Positions 23,501-30,350 of a stretch of 64,000 bases of DNA are shown here, piece by piece. The stretch's first letter is position 1; each line of letters opens with the position of its first letter. This DNA is from an uncultured Christensenella sp. GTDB taxonomy: Bacteria > Bacillota > Clostridia > Christensenellales > UBA1242. The notes under the pieces were generated by a model. The model worked only from the letters and a program-made list of their open reading frames with translations, was not told where the DNA came from and made no database searches. The DNA is taken from positions 11,398-75,397 of the forward strand of contig CAYSUK010000006.1 of NCBI GenBank assembly GCA_964434265.1, read 5' to 3'. A program made the position numbers and the translations under genes.

Positions 23501-26500
23501 GTGTATCCAAAAACGACCTATTCTTGAAAGGCGATGCGGCTACTACTGAGTCGGTATCTGTCGCTATCGGTGGAATGGTCGGATTAAGTAAAGACATGAT
23601 TGTGCTAGATAGTTATAGCAAGGTCAATGTCTACAATCCAAAATCCAAGATTGCTGGCGGTATGATAGGTTATGCTGAAGGCAAAAACGGCATATCATAT
23701 AGCTTTACTTACGGCAATGTTAAAGCTAAAGAAGTAATCGGCGGACTTATCGGATTTTATAGATACAACTCCTTTGACTTGTATCTAAACAATGCTTACG
23801 CACTAAATGTTTGGAGTAGTGACGTGCAAAACACACTCAAAACAAACTTGACAGCAGTGTACGGCTCACGTTATGACTACACACTCCGCATGCCAGAAAT
23901 CGGCAACCAAATGAGCGAGTATTCGGATGGCAGTATTAAACTTACAGGCAAAACAAATAGTGTTGTGAGTGACGGAAACTCGACATTCACATACATCGGC
24001 TCAGTTCTTGGAAAAGCAACTCTAAACAATGGTGTGTATAAATCGTATAGCGGTGATACGATTCTTACTATCGTTGATGGCAAACTTGGTGGAACAGCAG
24101 TCAAAAACTTATTTGTTTGTGGCGATGGTGATAGGAATGTAACGATAATAAATTCTGAAAAAACAGCCGTAAGACTGTTTACATCGACTACGACAGATAA
24201 TAATGATTACGTTATTACAGATAATGATAATGATATTATGACTGTAGAAGTCAAGAAAGTCATATATAATAAAGTTGGTACGGGAGTAGATGGTGACCCT
24301 GATAAAGAGTATTACACATACATTGGCGACCAATTCTACAATGTATATTCGTCGCTATATGGTGTGACTACACGTACGGGTTCGGCGACTGAAAACAACT
24401 TGGAGAGCCACTTTAACGGACTTACCCCAAATAATGACAATATCTATAAATCGCTAGGTTTAAGTGATGATAGAAAAGAGTTTTTGACCGAGACAAATGA
24501 GAAAAATAAAAATGCTATACGATATAGCACAATATTTGGCACACAATATGCCATATCTCAAATCACCGGCTACTTCCAAGCAAGCGGAAAGAAAGATGGA
24601 ATAGAATATATAAATCAATTTAATGCACCGACATTTACTCATGTATTTAGTAAAAGTGATGTCGAAGGCTTTGTAGATGAAAACTATGTAAATAAAGAAT
24701 CAGGAAACGACTACGTATCGGCTGCAAATAGTAATGCAACAAGCCAAAACTTGTCGTCATGGTACTTTGACGAGTCGACAGGGCTGCTACGTTATCGTGT
24801 AGGTAGTGACGGCAGTGTTACGAAAATAACTACTCATCAAGAGCTTATAAACGTCCTTAAATCAAATACCAAAGGTAAGAGTTATGCACTTGAGATAGCT
24901 GACGGTGATAAACAGTCTGTAATCAGTGGTGCAGGTATAAGTACACGCTTTACTGAAAGATTTAGAGGTACGATTACAGGTGAGTTGCAAGCGGATGAAA
25001 ACGGAGAAAAAACAATACGTCAAGTAGTTAATATACAACCTACACAAACTATATTTGCGATATTGGAAGGTGCATATCTATCAAATATCGAGTTTAATAT
25101 TGATTTAAGTAGATGGATGGGGAACGGTACAACTGCAAGCACAATAGGTGCTGCAAATTACAATAACGGTTCTTGGGGAATATTTGCACAATATATTGAC
25201 CGTACAACATTTAATAACTGTAAGTTTGTACTTGAAAATGTAAATGCAACAATAAACACATTTGCTGATAATGGTAGTACAAACACTAAGTATGCAGGAC
25301 TACTATTTGGTCGTATGCTAAATAGCACACTAACCAACTGCGAATTTGAAATCAAAGATACTTCAAGTAATATCACTATTAACAACACATCATCTGGTTT
25401 TGGTGCAATCGCTGGTATGATGTCTGGTGGAAGTATTTCAGACATGAAGGTAAGCATTTCAAAAACTCTCAGTGTAGTAAATGGTGGTTTTGTTGGCGGT
25501 GGCTTCAGTTCTGACAAGACAGTCGGATTTGAAACAAATGTCGGAAGTCTAATAGGTATTGTGAGTGGTGCAAGTATTTCGGGTATAAACGATTTGTTAA
25601 ATACTTCCCAGATAAAAGTCACAGGTACTGTTCGTGAAGGTGATAGCACAATAGGTGGCCTATTTGGCTCAGTTTCTGGCAGTAGTAGTATTTCATATTG
25701 CAACTACTACAACAATATGGACGTAGATGTGGTTGTTGTGTCCGATAGCAAATCATCATCGATGTCTATAGGCGGCGTAATCGGTAAGCTTACTGATGGC
25801 ACAATCACAAATTGCTACTTTAATGGCAGTATGGATAGTTATGGCAAGTATACTGATAGTAGTGATAATAAGTCATTTAATGTCGCATTGAAAAATCACT
25901 CAATACAATCAAAAACAGCATCAGATTATATCGGTGGTGTTGTGGGTCAAATAAGTGGGTATGTAAATAGCAATAGCAATGTCATGATAAATTGTGTACC
26001 TATAAATGTGACCATAGAAGCCGATGGCGGTACAGAGACTGGCGGTGCAGCGACTGACGACAATATTTACGTCGGTGGAATATTTGGTGCTGACACAGAT
26101 AGTAAAAGTACTCATAATAAGATGTTTGTTACGGGAGACATAACAGTACAAAATACTGGCACTCAAGATTACTTGTATGTCGGTGGTGTAATCGGTATGT
26201 CGGGTAGTGGTATACAAGACTCATACATGCAAGGCGATATTACTATTGACGGTGCGAAATTCAATAGTGTCGGCGGAATTGTCGGCGCAATATCGAATGC
26301 TGTGTCATTTGAAAAATGTATAATGTATGGCGATATACGTTATACTCTAGACCAAGCTGCAAAATACTATCTTGCAGGTATTGTAGGTGGCAGAATTAAT
26401 GCTCCACAAAACGATGAAAATACATACAAATTAGAATATTGTACTGTTCTTGCAAGCATCTATGAAGTCAAATACGAAAACAATAAATATGTTATGGTGA

Positions 26501-29500
26501 CTGATGAGTTTGATGAGACTAATGAGACTTATAATAGTGCTGGCAACAAATATAGTAGTAGTAAATACACTGGACTCTATATCTCGCCATTTATGGCCGG
26601 AATAAATGATAATAAAATATCTGTCGATAAGATAACGTTAGATAATACTGACTTCTACATAATCGAAGACTATTTTGACTTCTATTATGAAAAAGAAAGT
26701 GAAAATAATACAAGTGTAGGTATGTATTATTATAATATATATAGTAATTTAAACGCTGCTTCTGATACAAATACTCAAAAAGCCCAAAGTGATATCAAAT
26801 TTGGAGATGCATATTATGTCTTTGCAAATCACTATTTCTTCGGAAAAACATATAGTAAAGGCACAAAATACAAACCATACGAATTGGATAGAATAGATAG
26901 TATAAGTGAAAACACTATTAGTGGATATAATATTATCACGACTGATACAATCAATCTTGCAAAGGACCTTACAGTAAATCGTAATGCTGTACTTGCTGGT
27001 AGCACAACAAGTGGCGTCACATTTACTAGTGCTTATAAAAAGACTGTTAACAACAATGGTGTCATCGAAAACATCGTGTTTGATTGGGACGGAGTAATGG
27101 ACAAAAACAATGGTGTCCTAAATAATGTTGTTGCATACAATGAGAATAATTCGGTAAGTACTAAATTATATGGGCTAGTGGACGCAAACAATGGCTATAT
27201 CTATCGCTGTGGTGCTATTGTCGTATACACTGGACTTACAGAGTCGAGTAGTGCTATCCAAATCGGTGGTCTTGTATATACAAATGCAAACACTATCGGT
27301 TTGTCGTATTGCTCGTCAATGTTGACTGGATTAAAATATGATGTAAATGGCAAAGCCTATGTCCTTGGTAGTGGTGGAAATAAGACCACAACCGAACTTA
27401 AAATCACATCTGGTGGTATCGCATACAATAATAGCGGAACTATCGATGATAGCTTATTTAATGGCACATTGTATGGTAGTAACCAAAATTTGTATAACAT
27501 CGCAAATACAAATACGGGCAAAATCCAAAATACATATTCGGATAAAGACTCCATGTATTATGCGAAGGATTCAAATGTAAGTAAGTGGGATTCTCGTTTC
27601 ACAACTCCTTCAGATTATACTCAAAACTTTGGCAGACCATATGTGACTGGTGGAATAACGATAAATACTAAGATTAAGAAAGAAGGTTCCACTTTCATTA
27701 CATATTTTGCGACAAGTGATACAAAAGGAGACGACATATATCCAGTATTTAATATTACAGATTTTAATAAAATACAAGGCGAAGAAAGTAGTAAAAACAA
27801 CTACGTCCTTCTAAATGACCTTTATGTAGGTTATACGAGAGATGTATATGACACTCAAAACCTTACTGGTACATTCTACGGCCAAGACTATTCGATTGTA
27901 AGTTCGTATGATGGTGAAAATGCAAATGTGACCCATTCGAAGCCACTCTTTGCAGGTGCTCCAAATATATATAATCTAAATGTCCACAACTTCTCTACGA
28001 CAGCAAATGCAATCTTAGGAAGTAGTTTGGGTGGCAATAAGCAAAAAACACTTAATGATGTTTTCTTTGAAGTCTGCAAGGTAGGGTATAAAGGGACAGA
28101 CGATAATATAGGTGTAGCGGTAGGTAAGCTTAGTAATTATGAGACAGAATATGTTTATATAGAAAATACAGAATTAGATATAAGTAAAGCTGAGAATGAT
28201 ACTGTATATTATGGTATCTTTGGATATGTAAATGATTCTAAAGTAAAATGGAGCACCAATGATAATAGTAAATATATAACAACTAATAGATCTAAAGAAC
28301 AAGACTATGGTGGTGGAATAGCTGGATATATTTCATATACTACTATTGATGAAAGTAAAAATAAATGTGTAATTGAAGAAAGTGAAAATAAATGCATAAT
28401 AGATGTAAAAGGTAATTTTGGTGGTATTGCTGGCATTATGGCTAATAATAGTGTGATACAAAATTGTACAAATGATGCCAATATAACTGCTTCAAAGTAC
28501 TCAGGCGGTATCGTTGTTGAATGTCAAGGCGGTAACATAACATTAGCATCAAATGCTGTACACGGATCACTTAAAGGAATTGTAGCAGGTGGACATGTAG
28601 GAGTAACTGATGCTTTAAATGTGTCATTGCAAAACATAAGAACTTCAGGAGATGGTACACAACTTGTAATAGAAGGATTAGCTAGTGCTGGTGGTGTAAT
28701 AGGAACAGTGGAGTGGAGTAGTATACCTGCAACTATATCAATCACGGACTTATATATAAACTACACAACGATAAAAAATACCGACGTAATAGGTGCGTGT
28801 GCTGGTGGCGTGTTTGGTAACGTATATTACAATAATGTAGCTATTACTTTAAATGGTAGTGAAATAAATGCTTATATATCAAGCGAAAAGGGTTATGCTG
28901 GCGGTATTGCTGGTCTTGCCTATGAGAATTGTATTACATATGCACCATATAAAGACGACGATGAGAACTTGAATAAACTGAATAAATTGAATGTACGAGT
29001 TGAACTTTCCGTAGTTGCGACTATTGATGGAGAGAATTGGGATTTCTATAAAGCAAACGAATGGGCAGAAAAAGTAAAGAATAATGGCTGGGGTTCTGCA
29101 GAACGCTTTACATCTATTGATGTAGGAATGGCTGCTAAGGAGTATTTCGGATATAAAAATGGTGGTCCTTATGGATACTCTATGCGTTATTATGATGAAG
29201 ATATTGATACTAATCGAGCTAACTGGCTAGCACCATCAAATCTAAATTATAATAAAAACATCTGGAAAAATGAATCTTTTCAGCCACACAGGGGTGGTCA
29301 TGACGACTCTAGTTACTATAGCAATATGTCTCGATGGTCTTACTTTGATTCATATACAATAGATGAAAATTATAGTATACAAGTAAACAGTGGTATTTTG
29401 TATGGATATATCAGAGCTTATGATCATGAGAGTATAAAAAATAATATAAATACTGCAAAATATAATATAAATACTAAAAATGTAGATTATAGCGGTTCAA

Positions 29501-30054
29501 ATCTGATATTTACAAATTCAGATGGTGGAATATGTTATAGTGAAAAATACTTACTATATAGATACACTCAATGGATTTATACTAGTGTAGAGAGAGGTAA
29601 ATACAATAATAGTGGTTATTTAGTTGTTGAATATAATTTATATGTAGATAATAAGGACTTAGTGGGTGAAAACTATAGGGGTATTCTTCAGGTGCTTGGA
29701 TATTCGGATGGAATAGGACCAGAAAGAATAAAACAACATATAGATGTATATGTAGCATATATTATTGATATTGGCACCGGAGATTTCTTGTATAATATAT
29801 GGTCGGGAACAGCAAGTAAATATTCTTGGGATTCAGTATATAAAATAAAAGAAGACTATGCTGGATTTGAAGAACTTTATACAAGTGATAATGGTGTTAT
29901 TAAAAAATTCTATAAAACTTTAACATTGCAACAAAACGTAAATTATACTCAATATCCACTAGTAAAAGCTCTTGGTGTGATTGCGGATAAAGATACTTCG
30001 ATAGGTAATTATTATTACCAAAAATACAATGAAGAGATTAAAATACTCGATTAA
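11590..30054 (+). CDS. Giant surface lipoprotein 1 (about 6150 aa): Ig-like arrays plus about 6 GLUG-type beta-helix modules
   Basis: Uninterrupted 18.5 kb ORF (track start 11578; ATG 11590 follows GGGGA). Signal peptide with lipobox FSA-C (Cys codon 11653). Dozens of GG(L/I/F/V)(V/I)G repeats. Module caps such as GDGSKEAPFQL and FKGDFDGNG. Confidence 0.9.
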   Translation: MKKRIGLIFAVLLFSVLGFSACGDPYKKMSFSLTSEKDLTETVELYLGKSSAGLSEYDIKDSFVIKAKVGGVGKKISTDVVVPDFNDKVDIETTETESSTIIKITAKSEGETMLTISPKENPDGKFTKYVRVKVSIGLTSFVFKPNAIGALAIGDTLNLNVDAKQYINFFPSDTSQTDIEYSIRYPEGASTDYAEIKNGVLYTYDSENYPMSDGRRIITLVAKCPTRDDLVDTFDIPVIKIDDQINISTTYEDNEIELDKNYNGKYEILLANADISMSGGVIDEGITNRILHIGLGDENTATSKYRISVVGDYSMSAGEAVTISPYSIFESDTADFIVKANRVTNGIDVVFKIEYFGDENDNPTSDETLYEGLFTQYVTFTIKVYSLPDAKNMTINGIADDEQTYVVYDTYFKASESSINENGTLFKVKLIDSTIPNIVANISYSGEGFDQDGLVFVGGTKTADGISIANGESFYLKHTYSQTQLKEDAERRPYITISIDYSFAPSNATAEQKEMYYSGTISKKVYLDFKAGISEISLPSEQIGLEITSDEWSELCEFPEGYDAKSTVDQILGRNLDLIELKYVDNKIMIRANKQFKTGEVSLRIIATNGKMSNTASIMVYLPVLYTENNSLLVKIDEKDNAVFAVGRMTGANTYEQVNAEGVYGEHKYSTYTDLILASHSTLALDVYSIMEENGYLKSVMPNVNVTCEISDNDILSWTTTKSNDGVLSGTLNTFNASDGVVTITFTLSGYSPQGEDKKLTSVTRTHTINIWIYDAITKIDFSKKLNLVYLKDSLGYFDQEDSKYEYDWSKLPKDAVTGNFEWNIALKNTEQLSHTINLDGLGNNVVGVLIKNLLNIQNDINISDYNIEIKDSDGVDRLRKSNNSFLFDIYNSDLLAQVLDGDNNNIGYEAKINDSMFVITIEKGDDTHTKEVGLIEIFENMFENRADKRELALAYIFNGNTSGNFRDFVLSGQASQFGRGMYVETILRMYKPIKVSSIDTTVSKEGLYFEKEDKDPASLSFSYSVIPNNAHNTDIMLKIYSNTGSGDRIVLGEELNLVVSIDGAEKENTKENATTVAYATVKDGKITITIASGISGNYVLKIIAKDSVTQSENGEFKYGVTKDVRVEIGDGSKEAPFQLRSIDSLIRMWKRNISGQETFCYKLNNNINVIGQNFADYIFNDNNRFKGDFDGNGKAIIGLTVNKSVVGNATGGLFAKYEPISGNSIHDLTLSNINYNITISTNEKYFLNVGGIVGTANGTIENVYVSGNINIDYADEINENKDSVMYVGGIIGTMAYGKLVGTAESSSFADDMTANVAMLYNGFSVKDSQGSHYFGGAVGYISGTSTIENVKVSSSIKAINNGDSDGSTIASATLGGVVGLVAGESSIKDSRITPTLSGYANIGGVVGENTSTLDINHVVVEFLHNTNVKNYIMGLDNVGGFVGSATAEVSLLNSYVRSFVKDEVANEYKAGDYCGNIIVRSGLNEVNAGGFIGSIDADFDIERSYVMGDIKSYLVSGKTENIGGFVGRYNDAKTIKITDAYYSGRILTNNVVPNILFGSDSTPTPTAGSTLTSNITSKITENTMTDDKNIGEYIKIEATKTESVSYQDYTYEYGNNIKISNFYANVNGSNHVWTGRDQNTYTLRTPRNVVKSTLYMTFARMTDASIVYTGYKIVEDSNNGTKKRYNLFEIQNNDWFSKEENQTNYVDTDKADVFKVLGFDGQNANMPTLAGNPEKFVLNANSFNNPTNFALITLLCNASGEIEEDEAINALIEQCRYNEEDKGSFNIEDISEIEIGDLYGYEYEVANERNVFIWEFDNEVYKSYYTIDSATNKGTITLNEVGLNLYLSDDDLYIDEACTIEFKNVIIIITTRSGDDYVTSYVALGISSGTYVGSNGTTYYYNSEDNSYYSDENYQTSVESKDVTNIQFEQYTVCDLVYKVGNIEIIRFVDIVKKEDVVTFEGKEYKIVDDNKVKLAANNEIIAKVNDFNYTNGDVAKDDNGNYRLDTSYYVIDTDGNKIAKYIDGKFVFDDDNASWIVNDEINNGRPTLIRKLDRDEKVESIEVLYDAVSSINVKVTEFNYSGSSNLTSYKQGYIMLDENNVILFYNTPSDKYIAQNTYVLASSDEKAELDSINIGGQVPVVVDFSDILLNEPFKLNSLKDYVVKSSNPNIVTVGTYICDNTTYTALNTLGTGLVTLTFTNKYDDAESFEISVYVVAGLTGIQTIENMSTYVQKTNTYSFGFDNILTSSESDTYVMDSNVGGYTIKVVSVDGEPSLIFNGITLDKDTTAEYDFDMSNAIVIYGEKAGEISISLTPFVKYGDNQKYILSYLSKTVEINISNLAKSISTGAKTASTIKPESTVQFDVEVISSNEDETIKTYINNSEYKSDNNPYGLVDIYVLKTNAASLGNNLYKITYTVYAELNDTEYYNYYVENNFKNPLEEMLSFEFKFVPTSWYSDDEIMPEFKDNLAYYTVNIEGNDVSSIITSFYNTSDADNGNKNKAEEEKIYIIDSDAAYVNKLAPGRVGLLRIKVSKDYNNLSYLAVRTSNNSVTLRQADATTDATQKFSHISVANTPTDNGIKLWNMIYYMTDSEGNTVTDSKGNKVVDMNYANYYYVFVMFDEKIAGGSVVDLQITAYGKGDVELIPSVTISVEVDYLPEIKIVDAYGESDVDNPIGEYRRIFINASHVENDLSWKVETVGNVYGFGSTTEGEETTYGYKSESNPNSNNYPYICYKTVSGYTKLPHNFTLDMISGAELYICIPSGTYLADFKFSVSGHRIINTKPTYTTAYFKLNTILFEIEDITIDGTTGGVITLPVGNVTTFSTIFTLNSYAQSVYKGYGKDEYKKYENSTNETEKTTFEFAKYLYEAVEALRRSGAGQKDYDELIDGTKLGTNGWKYVPEKGQAQQMQNENFYPSSDNSNFEFFYGNYEGTGKYGVVALKISRNTLQFKLDLKLVNGIYTLHHTGDGESDIYKLVTFTLQITDNSTADHPIPIYNTTDFMQMLESISEEEVNQEVSNNSDVDPTELVFGNYILLSDLTLENWIPRAINVSSFDGNGFTITIKSWNFSSIIEDSTVSAGLFTKIGEYTVVKNLNIDISQLLSNDTTKTSAKTVFEDASGKAVEEVTFGVVAAENAGVLSNIKVVATRNTNGKYLNIWTQQGYSNGELCSATIAGFVATNSGAISDCFVGLNAVVTSTQNNEYSRIPKTIKGTTINGSTNTIVYPFTLVGGNKLSGFVHQNSGTISNSYVMGVSIENQTQISSNSMTAGFVNQNTNNGSIYSCFVSGSEYSEYGSDIVDLRATKTRIYSKGNVGGFVYNNQGNIENAYSIINIVVQTVYSGGFAYTNTATGVIKNAYSTSVNSNNDSYTHGMFVYSNTATLQNTYYLIIEGEMGITSTNKSDDVLKALDPATAIVSGKPSENKESSTTIAFANAESFEGFTFASNLTSYDGIWYYNGKSYPQLVNTINYNIKSIRTLAQNTESTESGSTAGNKVKYSYTYTGPNIGSEQNPIVISQPAQFAHYIVANTNKVSKNNNYIYVFGGEKTVDTTTYAPAYIRIINNISLAKINLSNTYVCNDASKDQISLSKVIFDGYLIGNGMTISDITLNNTSVSGNNLEDFGLFKQIGLSDTQKDTYYDSAEQSNLITNPVVYNIKFSYNELSDRDANKVGLLAGSIYDETAIMNVTIEGKKDAVDNTVSTITGHNLVGAVAGLIQGDVTLTDITIKNVRVNATRNTIDSLSDSYNDSGSYYESFEFGQNKTAYKKIEFKNNTISNLSQISYAGGVAGVIIANNLTTTTTTTTTTTTTTTESTGSETETETAVLSETETETTDSTGSGTETGTAGSTESGTETGTTSKSISDMSTYTLNEYQNVNVKIHDIVVKDNVEISGDMAGGLFGYAQDTHIRSSSFLLMQGANSTDSYQRIFGRAFGGGLIGQTNSVVLERTNIYHADQDYQNTIDTTIAQITSDSVSKNDLFLKGDAATTESVSVAIGGMVGLSKDMIVLDSYSKVNVYNPKSKIAGGMIGYAEGKNGISYSFTYGNVKAKEVIGGLIGFYRYNSFDLYLNNAYALNVWSSDVQNTLKTNLTAVYGSRYDYTLRMPEIGNQMSEYSDGSIKLTGKTNSVVSDGNSTFTYIGSVLGKATLNNGVYKSYSGDTILTIVDGKLGGTAVKNLFVCGDGDRNVTIINSEKTAVRLFTSTTTDNNDYVITDNDNDIMTVEVKKVIYNKVGTGVDGDPDKEYYTYIGDQFYNVYSSLYGVTTRTGSATENNLESHFNGLTPNNDNIYKSLGLSDDRKEFLTETNEKNKNAIRYSTIFGTQYAISQITGYFQASGKKDGIEYINQFNAPTFTHVFSKSDVEGFVDENYVNKESGNDYVSAANSNATSQNLSSWYFDESTGLLRYRVGSDGSVTKITTHQELINVLKSNTKGKSYALEIADGDKQSVISGAGISTRFTERFRGTITGELQADENGEKTIRQVVNIQPTQTIFAILEGAYLSNIEFNIDLSRWMGNGTTASTIGAANYNNGSWGIFAQYIDRTTFNNCKFVLENVNATINTFADNGSTNTKYAGLLFGRMLNSTLTNCEFEIKDTSSNITINNTSSGFGAIAGMMSGGSISDMKVSISKTLSVVNGGFVGGGFSSDKTVGFETNVGSLIGIVSGASISGINDLLNTSQIKVTGTVREGDSTIGGLFGSVSGSSSISYCNYYNNMDVDVVVVSDSKSSSMSIGGVIGKLTDGTITNCYFNGSMDSYGKYTDSSDNKSFNVALKNHSIQSKTASDYIGGVVGQISGYVNSNSNVMINCVPINVTIEADGGTETGGAATDDNIYVGGIFGADTDSKSTHNKMFVTGDITVQNTGTQDYLYVGGVIGMSGSGIQDSYMQGDITIDGAKFNSVGGIVGAISNAVSFEKCIMYGDIRYTLDQAAKYYLAGIVGGRINAPQNDENTYKLEYCTVLASIYEVKYENNKYVMVTDEFDETNETYNSAGNKYSSSKYTGLYISPFMAGINDNKISVDKITLDNTDFYIIEDYFDFYYEKESENNTSVGMYYYNIYSNLNAASDTNTQKAQSDIKFGDAYYVFANHYFFGKTYSKGTKYKPYELDRIDSISENTISGYNIITTDTINLAKDLTVNRNAVLAGSTTSGVTFTSAYKKTVNNNGVIENIVFDWDGVMDKNNGVLNNVVAYNENNSVSTKLYGLVDANNGYIYRCGAIVVYTGLTESSSAIQIGGLVYTNANTIGLSYCSSMLTGLKYDVNGKAYVLGSGGNKTTTELKITSGGIAYNNSGTIDDSLFNGTLYGSNQNLYNIANTNTGKIQNTYSDKDSMYYAKDSNVSKWDSRFTTPSDYTQNFGRPYVTGGITINTKIKKEGSTFITYFATSDTKGDDIYPVFNITDFNKIQGEESSKNNYVLLNDLYVGYTRDVYDTQNLTGTFYGQDYSIVSSYDGENANVTHSKPLFAGAPNIYNLNVHNFSTTANAILGSSLGGNKQKTLNDVFFEVCKVGYKGTDDNIGVAVGKLSNYETEYVYIENTELDISKAENDTVYYGIFGYVNDSKVKWSTNDNSKYITTNRSKEQDYGGGIAGYISYTTIDESKNKCVIEESENKCIIDVKGNFGGIAGIMANNSVIQNCTNDANITASKYSGGIVVECQGGNITLASNAVHGSLKGIVAGGHVGVTDALNVSLQNIRTSGDGTQLVIEGLASAGGVIGTVEWSSIPATISITDLYINYTTIKNTDVIGACAGGVFGNVYYNNVAITLNGSEINAYISSEKGYAGGIAGLAYENCITYAPYKDDDENLNKLNKLNVRVELSVVATIDGENWDFYKANEWAEKVKNNGWGSAERFTSIDVGMAAKEYFGYKNGGPYGYSMRYYDEDIDTNRANWLAPSNLNYNKNIWKNESFQPHRGGHDDSSYYSNMSRWSYFDSYTIDENYSIQVNSGILYGYIRAYDHESIKNNINTAKYNINTKNVDYSGSNLIFTNSDGGICYSEKYLLYRYTQWIYTSVERGKYNNSGYLVVEYNLYVDNKDLVGENYRGILQVLGYSDGIGPERIKQHIDVYVAYIIDIGTGDFLYNIWSGTASKYSWDSVYKIKEDYAGFEELYTSDNGVIKKFYKTLTLQQNVNYTQYPLVKALGVIADKDTSIGNYYYQKYNEEIKILD
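22975..23160 (+). repeat. In-frame Thr15 tract plus 30-bp and 36-bp tandem repeats (Thr/Ser/Glu/Gly-rich insert)
   Basis: (ACN)15 at 22975-23019; GAAACAGAAACTGAAACA at 23035 and 23065; TCGACTGRATCAGGGACAGAGACTGGAAC at 23089 and 23125. Confidence 0.9.
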
Positions 30055-30080
30055 AAGACCCCCCTTCGGGGGTCTTTTTT
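30053..30080 (+). terminator. Rho-independent terminator of giant gene 1
   Basis: AAAAGACCCCC-CTTC-GGGGGTCTTTT plus T run. Confidence 0.93.
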
Positions 30081-30244
30081 GTGGGGTGGATATGGTTATG
30101 AATACATAACTATTTTATGGGTAGAGATAGGGTGTGATTTTGATGGTTTTGTATATAAAAAAATTGGGTTTTGTAGCGTATGAAAAGTGGGTGGCTGGGG
30201 TGTGCGAATAAATATAATATATTATATAATATACTCATAATTAT

Positions 30245-30274
30245 TTGACACGTGGGGGTTGTATTTTATATAAT
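30245..30274 (+). promoter_or_regulatory. Putative sigma-A promoter of giant gene 2
   Basis: TTGACA (30245-30250), 18 bp spacer, TATAAT (30269-30274). Confidence 0.7.
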
Positions 30275-30350
30275 ATAATATATTTATACATAATCTTTGT
30301 TTTTGGCGATTAAAAATGTCAAATACACAAAACATAAGATAAGGTGGAAA

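Noticed and set aside
30200-30230. dif-like Xer site
   Set aside because: Superficial AT-palindrome similarity only; lacks the TTATGT(T/A)AA XerD arm, and a location next to rpoBC is not typical of the terminus.
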